Shown here piece by piece: positions 44,788 to 57,700 of a stretch of DNA of 64,000 bases. The translations under genes were made by a program, and so were the position numbers. The stretch lies in NCBI GenBank assembly GCA_027923505.1, contig BROI01000007.1, forward strand, positions 186,001-250,000. The letters run 5' to 3'. Below the pieces are notes generated by a model. That model did no database searches. It saw only the letters and a list, made by a program, of their open reading frames with translations, and was not told the origin of the DNA. The first letter of the stretch is position 1. The number at the start of each line of letters is the position of its first letter. This DNA comes from Mayamaea pseudoterrestris (Eukaryota).

Positions 44788-45794
44788 GTCCACGTCCACA
44801 CTTCGTCGGTGGCACCTTGTCGGCGAGTCAGGCTTCGACTCGTCGTGGCCTTCGTTCGTTGGGCGTGGAGTCCTTGGATTCGTCCTTCTTGGATTCCGTT
44901 TCGCTTTCCTTCGCTCGGAGGTTCTCGCTCCGCTTCCGCTGCTACGCTTCGCAATGTTGCGCGCTTGGACCTCGTTCCCTTTCGCTCGTGCTGTGACGAA
45001 ACGTCGCCAGCGTTTCGGTGGTCAGTTGCGACCATGTCTTGATGTCCGGCGACTCTTGCGCCAAATACCATTCGATCGCTTGACTCGTGTGGTTCATCTT
45101 CTTCGCAGTGTTCGCTCGTTTCTCTGCGTGACATTGTCGCCCGTCAGTCGTCGTCGTTGTCGTCGTCGACGTTCCCACCTCGTCGCGAAATCGTCACTCC
45201 ATCTCGATCAGCGAGTTGTACGTTCTCGAGTTCGTCGAATAACTCCTTGAACTGAGGATCTTGGAAAACGCCTACGTTCTCTTCGTAAACATGCGCAAAC
45301 GCCGCGTCTTTCTGCGCGCGAGTTTCCGCCATCGTTGTCGTCGTGACAATGTTCTTGCTATCACCTGCGGAACTTTCCGGGCCAAGAACCAACGTGCGTC
45401 CACGTTACTTCGTAAATCAATAGTACTCTTCGTCGATAAAGTCTCTATGCCGAGGCAATGAGTCTCAAGACAGTGTTAATCTTGTAACTTGTAAATCAAA
45501 TCGTTGCACCTTTCGCTTGTAGCTGTCCTTGGATGGCCAATCCAAGCTTGCAGTTGCTACAATACGAGAGACGAATAAATCGCTTTCTTAACTCTTCAAG
45601 CTTAGTAAGTCTGCTTGTTTCAACTCTATATCGCACTGGTTTAAGCAATATGCTCGTTGAATCGCTTCGAAGCCGTCGCTGCCACGCATCACGCGATCGT
45701 GAGGCTGTGGTGAGCCGCGAGTGCCGCTGTGTCACCCTATCGGACATTCGGTGTGACTTGCCCGATTTTCGCTGTTTTCGTTCGCATCCTGCAA
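44788..45794 (-). mobile_element. Truncated second copy of the same copia: 5' LTR (45482-45794), leader and first ~570 bp of gag
   Basis: Homologous to ~31389-32401. The LTR has 4 substitutions relative to copy 1's 3' LTR. The gag portion is indel-ridden. The LTR end joins the 181-bp satellite directly. Confidence 0.93.
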
Positions 45795-48700
45795 TGGGTA
45801 TGGCCAACACCACAAGTTGCAGATTCTTCCCTGTCAAACGCCCCATGCCCTGGCCACCCAAATACCCAATGAGTCAGGCAAAACATGTCCAGGGTATGCC
45901 ATTGACAGGTGCATAGTCTCAAATGGTGCAAAAAGGACTGCCTGGAGGCTGACAACATGAGTACGGCCTCCACTGTGGGTATGGCCAACACCACAAGTTG
46001 CAGATTCTTCCCTGTCAAACGCCCCATGCCCTGGCCACCCAAATACCCAATGAGTCAGGTAAAACATGTCCAGGGTATGCCATTGACAGGTGCATAGTCT
46101 CAAATGGTGCAAAAAGGACTGCCTGGAGGCTGACAACATGGGTACGGCCTCCACTGTGGGTATGGCCAACACCACAAGTTGCAGATTCTTCCCTGTCAAA
46201 CACCCATGCCCTGGCCACCCAAATACCCAATGAGTCAGGCAAAACATGTCCAGGGGATGCCATTGACAGGTGCAGAGTCTCAAATGGTGCAAAATGGACT
46301 GCCTGGAGGCTGAAAACATGGGTACGGCCTCCACTGTGGGTATGGCCAACACCACAAGTTGCAGATTCATTCCTGTCAAACGCCCCATGCCCTGGCCACC
46401 CAAATACCCAATGAGTCAGGCAAAACATGTCCAGGGTATGCCATTGACAGGTGCATAGTCTCAAATGGTGCAAAAAGGACTGCCTGGAGGCTGACACCAT
46501 GGGTACGGCCTCCACTGTGGGTATGGCCAACACCACAAGTTGCAGATTCTTCCCTGTCAAACGCCCCATGCCCTGGCCACCCAAATACCCAATGAGTCAG
46601 GCAAAACATGTCCAGGGATGCCATTGACAGGTGCAGAGTCTCAAATGGTGCATAAAGGACTGCCTGGAGGCTGACAACATGGGTACGGCCTCCACTGTGG
46701 GTATGGCCAACACCACAAGTTGCAGATTCTTCCCTAAAAACGCCCCATGCCCTGGCCACCCAAATACCCAATGAGTCAGGCAAAACATGTCCAGGGTATG
46801 CCATTGACAGGTGCAGAGTCTCAAATGGTGCAAAAAGGACTGCCTGGAGGCTGACACCATGGGTACGGCCTCCACTGTGGGTATGGCCAACACCACAAGT
46901 TGCAGATTCTTTCCTGTCAAACGCCCCATGCCCTGGCCACCCAAATACCCAATGAGTCAGGCAAAACATGTCCAGGGTATGCCATTGACAGGTGCATAGT
47001 CTCAAATGGTGCAAAAAGGACTGCCTGGAGGCTGACACCATGGGTACGGCCTCCACTGTGGGTATGGCCAACACCACAAGTTGCAGATTCTTCCCTGTCA
47101 AACGCCCCATGCCCTGGCCACCCAAATACCCAATGAGTCGGGCAAAACATGTCCAGTTCGGGCGTTCCAAATGGAAAAGGACGGGCGACGCGCTCCACTG
47201 TGGGTATGGCCAACACCACAAGTTGCAGATTCTTCCCTGTCAAACGCCCCATGCCCTGGCCACCCAAATACCCAATGAGTCAGGCAAAACATGTCCAGGG
47301 TATGCCATTGACAGGTGCAGAGTCTCAAATGGTGCAAAAAGGACTGCCTGGAGGCTGACACCACTGGTACGGCCTCCACGGTGGGTATGGCCAACACCAC
47401 AAGTTGCAGATTCTTCCCTGTCAAACGCCCCATGCCCTGGCCACCCAAATACCCAATGAGTCAGGCAAAACATGTCCAGGGTATGCCATTGACAGGTGCA
47501 TAGTCTCAAATGGTGCAAAAAGGACTGCCTGGAGGCTGACACCATGGGACGGCCTCCACTGTGGGTATGGCCAACACCACAAGTTGCAGATTCATCCCTG
47601 TCAAACGCCCCATGCCCTGGCCACCCAAATACCCAATGAGTCAGGCAAAACATGTCCAGGGGATGCCATTGACAGGTGCAGAGTCTCAAATGGTGCAAAA
47701 AGGACTGCCTGGAGGCTGACAACATGGGTACGGCCTCAACTGTGGGTATGGCCAACACCACAAGTTGCAGATTCTTCCCTGCCAAACGCCCCATGCCCTG
47801 GCCACCCAAATACCCAATGAGTCAGGCAAAACATGTCCAGGGTATGCCATTGACAGGTGCAGAGTCTCAAATGGTGCAAAAAGGACTGCCTGGAGGCTGA
47901 CAACATGGGTACGGCCTCCACTGTGGGTATGGCCAACACCACAAGTTGCAGATTCTTCCCTGTCAAACGCCCCATGCCCTGGCCACCCAAATACCCAATG
48001 AGTCAGGCAAAAACATGTCCAGGGTATGCCATTGACAGGTGCATAGTCTCAAATGGTGCAAAAAGGACTGCCTGGAGGCTGACAACATGGGTACGGCCTC
48101 CACTGTGGGTATGGCCAACACCACAAGTTGCAGATTCTTCCCTGTCAAACGCCCCATGCCCTGGCTACCCAAATACCCAATGAGTCAGGCAAAACATGTC
48201 CAGGGTATGCCATTGACAGGTGCAGAGTCTCAAATGGTGCAGAAAGGACTGCCTGGAGGCTGACACCATGGATACGGCCTCCACTGTGGGTATGGCCAAC
48301 ACCACAAGTTGCAATTTCTTCCCTGTCAAACGCCCCATGCCCTGGCCACCCAAATACCCAATGAGTCAGGCAAAACATGTCCAGGGTATGCCATTGACAG
48401 GTGCATAGTCTCAAATGGTGCAAAAAGGACTGCCTGGAGGCTGACACCATGGGTACGGCCTCCACTGTGGGTATGGCCAACACCACAAGTTGCAGATTCT
48501 TCCCTGTCAAACGCCCCATGCCCTGGCCACCCAAATACCCAATGAGTCAGGCAAAACATGTCCAGGGTATGCCATTGACAGGTGCATAGTCTCAAATGGT
48601 GCAAAAGGACTGCCTGGAGGCTGACACCATGGGTACGGCCTCCACTGTGGGTATGGCCAACACCACAAGTTGCAGATTCTTCCCTGTCAAACGCCCCATG

Positions 48701-51700
48701 CCTGGCCACCCAAATACCCAATGAGTCAGGCAAAACATGTCCAGGGTATGCCATTGACAGGTGCAGAGTCTCAAATGGTGCAAAAGGACTGCCTGGAGGC
48801 TGACAACATGGGTACGGCCTCCACTGTGGGTATGGCCAACACCACAAGTTGCAGATTCTTCCCTGTCAAACGCCCCATGCCCTGGCCACCCAAATACCCA
48901 ATGAGTCAGGCAAAACATGTCCAGGGTATGCCATTGACAGGTGCATAGTCTCAAATGGTGCAAAAGGACTGCCTGGAGGCTGACACCATGGGTACGGCCT
49001 CCACTGTGGGTATGGCCAACACCACAAGTTGCAGATTCTGACCTGTCAAACGCCCCATGCCCTGGCCACCCAAATACCCAATGAGTCAGGCAAAACATGT
49101 CCAGGGTATGCCATTGACAGGTGCAGAGTCTCAAATGGTGCAAAAAGGACTGCCTGGAGGCTGAAACCATGGGTACGGCCTCCACTGTGGGTATGGCCAA
49201 CACCACAAGTTGCAGATTCTTCCCTGTCAAACCCCCCATGCCCTGGCCACCCAAATACCCAATGAGTCAGGCAAAACATGTCCAGGGTATGCCATTGACA
49301 GGTGCATAGTCTCAAATGGTGCAAAAAGGACTGCCTGGAGGCTGACACCATGGGTACGGCCTCCACTGTGGGTATGGCCAACACCACAAGTTGCAGATTC
49401 TTCCCTGTCAAACGCCCCATGCCCTGGCCACCCAAATACCCAATGAGTCAGGCAAAACATGTCCAGGGTAGGCCATTGACAGGTGCATAGTCTCAAATGG
49501 TGCAAAAAGGACTGCCTGGAGGCTGACACCATGGGTACGGCCTCCACTGTGGGTATGGCCAACACCACAAGTTGCAGATTCTTCCCTGTCAAACGCCCCA
49601 TGCCCTGGCCACCCAAATACCCAATGAGTCAGGCAAAACATGTCCAGGGTATGCCATTGACAGGTGCAGAGTCTCAAATGGTGCAAAAAGGACTGCCTGG
49701 AGGCTGACAACATGGGTACGGCCTCCACTGTGGGTATGGCCAACACCACAAGTTGCAGATTCTTCCCTGTCAAACGCCCCCATGCCCTGGCCACCCAAAT
49801 ACCCAATGAGTCAGGCAAAACATGTCCAGGGTATGCCATTGACAGGTGCAGAGTCTCAAATGGTGCAAAAAGGACTGCCTGGAGGCTGACACCATGGGTA
49901 CGGCCTCCACTGTGGGTATGGCCAACACCACAAGTTGCAGATTCTTCCCTGTCAAACGCCCCATGCCCTGGCCACCCAAATACCCAATGAGTCAGGCAAA
50001 ACATGTCCAGGGTATGCCATTGACAGGTGCATAGTCTCAAATGGTGCAAAAGGACTGCCTGGAGGCTGACACCATGGGTACGGCCTCCACTGTGGGTATG
50101 GCCAACACCACAAGTTGCAGATTCTTCCCTGTCAAACGCCCCATGCCCTGGCCACCCAAATACCCAATGAGTCAGGCAAAACATGTCCAGGGATGCCATT
50201 GACAGGTGCAGAGTCTCAAATGGTGCAAAAAACTGCCTGGAGGCTGACAACCTGGGTACCGCCCCCACTTTTGGTATGGCCAACACCACAAGTTGCAGAT
50301 TCTTCCCTGTCAAACGCCCCATGCCCTGGCCACCCAAATACCCAATGAGTCAGGCAAAACATGTCCAGGGGATGCCATTGACAGGTGCAGAGTCTCAAAT
50401 GGTGCAAAAAGGACTGCCTGGAGGCTGACAACATGGGTACGGCCTCCACTGTGGGTATGGCCAACACCACAAGTTGCAGATTCATCCCTGTCAAACGCCC
50501 CATGCCCTGGCCACCCAAATACCAAATGAGTCAGGCCAAACATGTCCAGGTGATGCATTGACAGGTGCGGTGGACTTCGAGGAACCAGGTACGCCACTGT
50601 GGGTATGGCCAACACCACAAGTTGCAGATTCTCCCCTGTCAAACGCCCCATGCCCTGGCCACCCAAATACCCAATGAGTCAGGCAAAACATGTCCAGGGA
50701 TGCCATTGACAGGTGCAGAGTCTCAAATGGTGCAAAAAGGACTGCCTGGAGGCTGACAACATGGGTACGGCCTCCACTGTGGGTATGGCCAACACCACAA
50801 GTTGCAGATTCCCGTTCAAACGCCCCATGCCCTGGCTACCCAAATACCCAATGAGTCAGGCAAAACATGTCCAGGGTAGGCCATTGACAGGTGCAGAGTC
50901 TCAAATGGTGCAAAAGGACTGCCTGGAGGCTGACACCATGGGTACGGCCTCCATTGTGGGTATGGCCAACACCACAAGTTGTTGATTCTTACCTGTCAAA
51001 CGCCCCATGCCCTGGCCACCCAAATACCCAATGAGTCAGGCAAACCATGTCCAGGGTATCCATTGACAGGTGCAGAGTCTCAAATGGTGCAAAAGGACTG
51101 CCTGGAGGCTGACACATGGGTAGGCCTCCACTGTGGAGGCTGGCCAACACCACAAGTTGTCGATTCTGACCTGTCAAAGGCCCCATGCCCTGGCCACCCA
51201 AATACCCAATGAGTCAGGCCAAACATGTCCAGGGTATGCCATTGACAGGTGCAGAGTCTCAAATGGTGCAAAAGGACTGCCTGAGGCTGACAACATGGGT
51301 ACGGCCTCCACTGTGGGTATGGCCAACACCACAAGTTGCAGATTCTTACCTATCAAGCGCCCATGCCCTGGCCACCCAAATACCCGATGAGTCAGGCAAA
51401 AACATGTCCAGGGTATGCCATTGACAGGTGCAGAGTCTCAAATGGTGCAAAAAGGGCTGCTGAAGGCTGACACCATGGGTACGGTCCAGGTGGGTATGGC
51501 CAAACACCACAAGTTGTCGATTCTGACCTGTCAAACGCCCCCATGCCCTGGCCACCCAAATACCCAATAGTCAGGCCAAACATGTCCAGGGTAGGCCATT
51601 GACAGGTGCAGAGTTCAACTGGTGCAAAAGGAAGTGAGGGAACCTGGTACGGCCTCCACGGTGGGTATGGCCAACACCACAAGTTGTCGATTTCCCTGTC

Positions 51701-54700
51701 AAACGCCCATGCCTGGCCACCCAAATACCCAATGAGTCAGGCCAAACATGTCCAGGGGTAGGCCATTGACAGGTGCAATCTCATGTGAAAAGGAGGGAGG
51801 TGACACCTGGCCACGTGGGTATGGCCAACACCACAAGTTGTCGATTCCCTGTCAAACGCCCCATGCCCTGGCCACCCAAATACCCAATGAGTCAGGCCAA
51901 AATGTCCAGGGGATGCCAATGACAGGCAGAGTCCAATGTGCAAAAAGGATGTGAGGTGACACCATGGGTACGGCCTCCACGTGGTGTATGGCCAACACCA
52001 CAAGTTGTAGATTTACCTGTCAAACTCTCATGCCCTGGCCACCCAAATACCCAATGAGTCAGGCCAAACATGTCCAGGGTATGCCATTGACAGGTGCATA
52101 GTCTCAAATGGTGCAAAAAGGACTGCCTGGAGGCTACCACCATGACTACGGCCTCCACGGTGGGTATGGCCAACACCACAAGTTGTCGATTCTGACCTGT
52201 CAAACCCCCCATGCCCTGGCCACCCAAATACCCAATGAGTCAGGCCAAACATGTCCAGGGTATGCCATTGACAGGTGCAGAGTCTCAAATGGTGCAAAAA
52301 GGACTGCCTGAGGCTGACACCATGGGTACGGCCTCCACGGTGGGTATGGCCAACACCACAAGTTGTCGATTCTGACCTGTCAAACGCCCCATGCCCTGGC
52401 CACCCAAATACCCAATGAGTCAGGCCAAACATGTCCAGGGTATGCCATTGACAGGTGCATAGTCTCAAATGGTGCAAAAGGACTGCCTGGAGGCTGACAC
52501 CATGGGTACGGCCTCCACGGTGGGTATGGCCAACACCACAAGTTGTCGATTCTGACCTGTCAAACGCCCCATGCCCTGGCCATCCAAATACCCAATGAGT
52601 CAGGCAAAACATGTCCAGGGTATGCACATGACAGGTGCAGAGTCTCAAATGGTGCAAAAAGGACTGCCTGGAGGCTGACACCATGGGTACGGCCTCCACG
52701 GTGGGTATGGCCAACACCACAAGTTGTCGATTCTGACCTGTCAAACGCTCCATGCCCTGGCCACCCAAATACCCAATGAGTCAAGCCAAACATGTCCAGG
52801 GTATGCCTGACAGGTGCATACTCTACAATGGTGCAAAAAGGACTGCCTGAGGCTGACACCATGGGTACGGCCTCCACGGTGGGTATGGCCAACACCACAA
52901 GTTGTCGATTCTGACCTGTCAAACGCCCCATGCCCTGGCCACCCAAATACCCAATGAGTCAGGCCAAACATGTCCAGGGTATGCCATTGACAGGTGCAGA
53001 GTCTCAAATGGTGCAAAAAAGGACTGCCTGGAGGCTGACACCATGGGTACGGCCTCCACGGTGGGTATGGCCAACCGTTGTCAATTCTGACCTGTCAAAC
53101 GCCCCATGCCCTGGCCACCCAAATACCCAATGAGTCAGGCAAAACATGTCCAGGGTATGCCATTGACAGGTGCAGAGTCTCAAATGGTGCAAAAAGGACT
53201 ACCTGGAGGCTGACACCATGGGCACGGCCTCCACGGTGGGTATGGCCAACACCACAAGTTGTCGATTCTGACCTGTCAAATGCCCCATGCCCTGGCCACC
53301 CAAATACCCAATGAGTCAGGCCAAACATGTCCAGGGTATGCCATTGACAGGTGCAGAGTCTCAAATGGTACAAAAAAGACTGCCTGGAGGCTGACACCAT
53401 GGGTACGGCCTCCACGGTGGGTATGGCCAACACCACAAGTTGTTGATTCTGACCTGTCAAACGCCCCATGCCCTGGTCACCCAAATACCCGATGAGTCAG
53501 GCCAAACATGTCCAGGGTATGCCATTGACAGGTGCATAGTCTCAAATGGTGCAAAAAGGACTGCCTGGAGGCTGACACCATGGGTACGGCCTCCACGGTG
53601 GGTATGGCCAACACCACAAGTTGTCGATTCTGACCTGTCAAACGCCCATGCCCTGGCCACCCAAATACCCAATGAGTCAGGCCAAACATGTCCAGGGTAT
53701 GCCATTGACAGGTGCATAGTCTCAAATGGTGCAAAAAGGACTGCCTGGAGGCTGACACCATGGGTACACCTCCACGGTGGGTATGGCCAACACCACAAGT
53801 TGTCGATTCTGACCTGTCAAACGCCCCATGCCCTGGCCACCCAAATACCCAATGAGTCAGGCCAAACATGTCCAGGGTATGCCATTGACAGGTGCAGAGT
53901 CTCAAATGGTGCAACAAGGACTGCCTGGAGGCTGACACCATGGGTACGGCCTCCACGGTGGGTATGGCCAACACCACAAGTTGTCGATTCTTACCTGTCA
54001 AACGCCCCATGCCCTGGCCACCCAAATACCCAATGAGTCAGGCCAAACATGTCCAGGGTATGCCATTGACAGGTGCAGAGTCTCAAATGGTGCAAAAAGG
54101 ACTGCCTGGAGGCTGACACCATGGGTACGGCCTCCACGGTGGGTATGGCCAACACCACAAGTTGTCGATTCTGACCTGTCAAACGCCCCATGCCCTGGCC
54201 ACCCAAATACCCAATGAGTCAGGCCAAACATGTCCAGGGTATGCCATTGACAGGTGCAGAGTCTCAAATGGTGCAAAAAGGACTGCCTGGAGGCTGACAC
54301 CATGGGTACGGCCTCCACGGGGGGTATGGCCAACACCACAAGTTGTCGATTCTGACCTGTCAAACGCCCCATGCCCTGGCCACCCAAATACCCAATGAGT
54401 CAGGCAAAACATGTCCAGGGTATGCCATTGACAGGTGCAGAGTCTCAAATGGTGCAACAAGGATTGCCTGGAGGCTGACACCATGGGTACGGCCTCCACG
54501 GTGGGTATGGCCAACACCACAAGTTGTCGATTCTGACCTGTCAAACGCCCCATGCCCTGGCCACCCAAATACCCAATGAGTCAGGCAAAACATGTCCAGG
54601 GTATGCCATTGACAGGTGCAGAGTCTCAAATGGTGCAAAAAGGACTGCCTGGAGGCTGACACCATGTGTACGGCCTCCACGGTGGGTATGGCCAACACCA

Positions 54701-57700
54701 CAAGTTGTCGATTCTGACCTGTCAAACGCCCCATGCCCTGGCCACCCAAATACCCAATGAGTCAGGCCAAATATGTCCAGGGTATGCCATTGACAGGTGC
54801 AGAGTCTCAAATGGTGCAAAAAGGACTGCCTGGAGGCTGACACCATGGGTACGGCCTCCACGGTGGGTATGGTCAACACCACAAGTTGTCGATTCTGACC
54901 TGTCAAACGTCCCATGCCCTGGCCACCCAAATACCCAATGAGTCAGGCCCAACATGTCCAGGGTATGCCATTGACAGGTGCAGAGTCTCAAATGGTGCAA
55001 AAAGGACTGCCTGGAGGCTGACACCATGGGTACGGCCTCCACGGTGGGTATGGCCAACACCACAAGTTGTCGATTCTGACCTGTCAAACGCCCCATGCCC
55101 TGGCCACCCAAATACCCAATGAGTCAGGCCAAACATGTCCAGGGTATGCCATTGACAGGTGCAGAGTCTCAAATGGTGCAAAAAGGATTGCCTGGAGGCT
55201 GACACCATGGGTACGGCCTCCACGGTGGTTTTGCCAACACCACAAGTTGTCAATTCTGACCTGTCAAACGCCCCATGCCCTGAGCACCCAAATACCCAAT
55301 GAGTCAGGCCAAACATGTCCAGGGTATGCCATTGACAGGTGCAGAGACACAAATGGTGCAAAAAGGACTGCCTGGAGGCTGACACCATGGGTACGGCCTC
55401 CACGGTGGGTATGGCCAACACCACAAGTTGTCATTCTGACCTGTCAACGCCCCATGCCCTGGCCACCCAAATACCCAATGAGTCAGGCCAAACATGTCCA
55501 GGGTATGCCATTGACAGGTGCATAGTCTCAAATGGTGCAAAAAGGACTGCCTGGAGGCTGACACCATGGGTACGGCCTCCACGGTGGGTATGGCCAACAC
55601 CACAAGTTGTCGATTCTGACCTGTCAAACGCCCCATGCCCTGGCCACCCAAATACCCAATGAGTCAGGCCAAACATTTTGCCTGCGGTCTCAAATGGTGC
55701 AAAAGGACTGCCTGGAGGCTGACACCACTGGTACGGCCTCCACGGTGGGTATGGCCAACACCACAAGTTGTCGATTCTGACCTGTCAAACGCCCCATGCC
55801 CTGGCCACCCAAATACCCAATGAGTCAAGCCAAACATGTCCAGGGTATGCCATTGACAGGTGCAGAGTCTCAAATGGTGCAAAATGGACTGCCTGGAGGA
55901 CACCATGGGTACGGCCTCCACGGTGGGTATGGCCAACACCACAAGTTGTCGATTCTGACCTGTCAAACGCCCCATGCCCTGGCCACCCAAATACCCAATG
56001 AGTCAGGCCAAACATGTCCAGGGTATGCCATTGACAGGTGCAGAGTCTCAAATGGTGCAAAAAGGACTGCCTGGAGGCTGACACCATGGGTACGGCCTCC
56101 ACTGTGGGTATGCCAACACCACAAGTTGTCGATTCTGACCTGTCAAACGCCCCATGCCCTGGCCACCCAAATACCCAATGAGTCAGGCCAAACATGTCCA
56201 GGGTATGCCATTGACAGGTGCATAGTCTCAAATGGTGCAAAAAGGACTGCCTGGAGGCTGACTCCACGGGGGGTACGGCCTCCACGGTGGGTATGGCCAA
56301 CACCACAAGTTGTCGATTCTGACCTGTCAAACGCCTCATGCCCTGGCCACCCAAATACCCAATGAGTCAGGCCAAACATGTCCAGGGTATGCCATTGACA
56401 GAGGCTGACACCATGGGTACGGCCTCCACGGTGGGTATGGCCAACACCACAAGTTGTCGATTCTTACCTGTCAAACGCCCCATGCCCTGGCCACCCAAAT
56501 ACCCAATGAGTCAGGCCAAACATGTCCAGGGTATGCCATTGACAGGTGCAGAGTCTCAAATGGTGCAAAAAGGACTGCCTGAGGCTGACACCATGGGTAC
56601 GGCCTCCACGGTGGGTATGGCCAACACCACAAGTTGTCGATTCTGACCTGTCAAACGCCCCATGCCCTGGCCACCCAAATACCCAATGAGTCAGGCCAAA
56701 CATGTCCAGGGTATGCCATTGACAGGTGCAGAGTCTCAAATGGTGCAAAAAGGACTGCCTGGAGGCTGACACCATGGGTACGGCCTCCACGGTGGGTATG
56801 GCCAACACCACAAGTTGTCGATTCTGACCTGTCAAACGCCCCATGCCCTGGCCACCCAAATACCCAATGAGTCAGGCCAAACATGTCCAGGGTATGCCAT
56901 TGACAGGTGCATAGTCTCAAATGGTGCAAAAGGACTGCCTGGAGGCTGACACCATGGGTACGGCCTCCACGGTGGGTATGGCCAACACCACAAGTTGTCG
57001 ATTCTGACCTGTCAAACGCCCATGCCCTGGCCACCCAAATACCCAATGTGTCAGGCAAATATGTCCAGGGTATGCCATTGACAGGTGCAGAGTCTCCAAT
57101 GGTGCAAAAAGGACTGCCTTGAGGCTGACACCATGGGTACGGCCTCCACGGTGGGTATGGCCAACACCACAAGTTGTCGATTCTGACCTGTCAAACGCCC
57201 CATGCCCTGGCCACCCAAATACCCAATGAGTCAGGCCAAACATGTCCAGGGTATGCCATTGACAGGTGCAGAGTCTCAAATGGTGCAAAAAGGACTGCCT
57301 GGAGGCTGACACCATGGGTACGGCCTCCAGGTATGGCCAACACCACAAGTTGTCGATTCTGACCTGTCAAACGCCCCATGCCCTGGCCACCCAAATACCC
57401 AATGAGTCAGGCCAAACATGTCCAGGGTTAGCCATTGACAGGTGCAGAGTCTCAAATGGTGCAAAAAGGACTGCCTGGAGGCTGACACCATGGGTGGCCT
57501 CAAGGTGGGTATGGCCAACACCACAAGTTGTCGATTCTGACCTGTCAAACGCCCCATGCCCTGGCCACCCAAATACCCAATGAGTCAGGCAAACATGTCC
57601 AGGGTATGCCATTGACAGGTGCAGAGTCTCAAATGGTGCAAAAAGGACTGCCTGGAGGCTGACACCATGGGTACGGCCTCCACGGTGGGTATGGCCAACA

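Noticed and set aside
47155..47195. Apparently unique inserts within single 181-bp monomers (also ~50570, ~51620-51960, ~55677)
   Set aside because: They are garbled, shortened versions of the monomer, typical of long-read consensus errors rather than acquired sequence.
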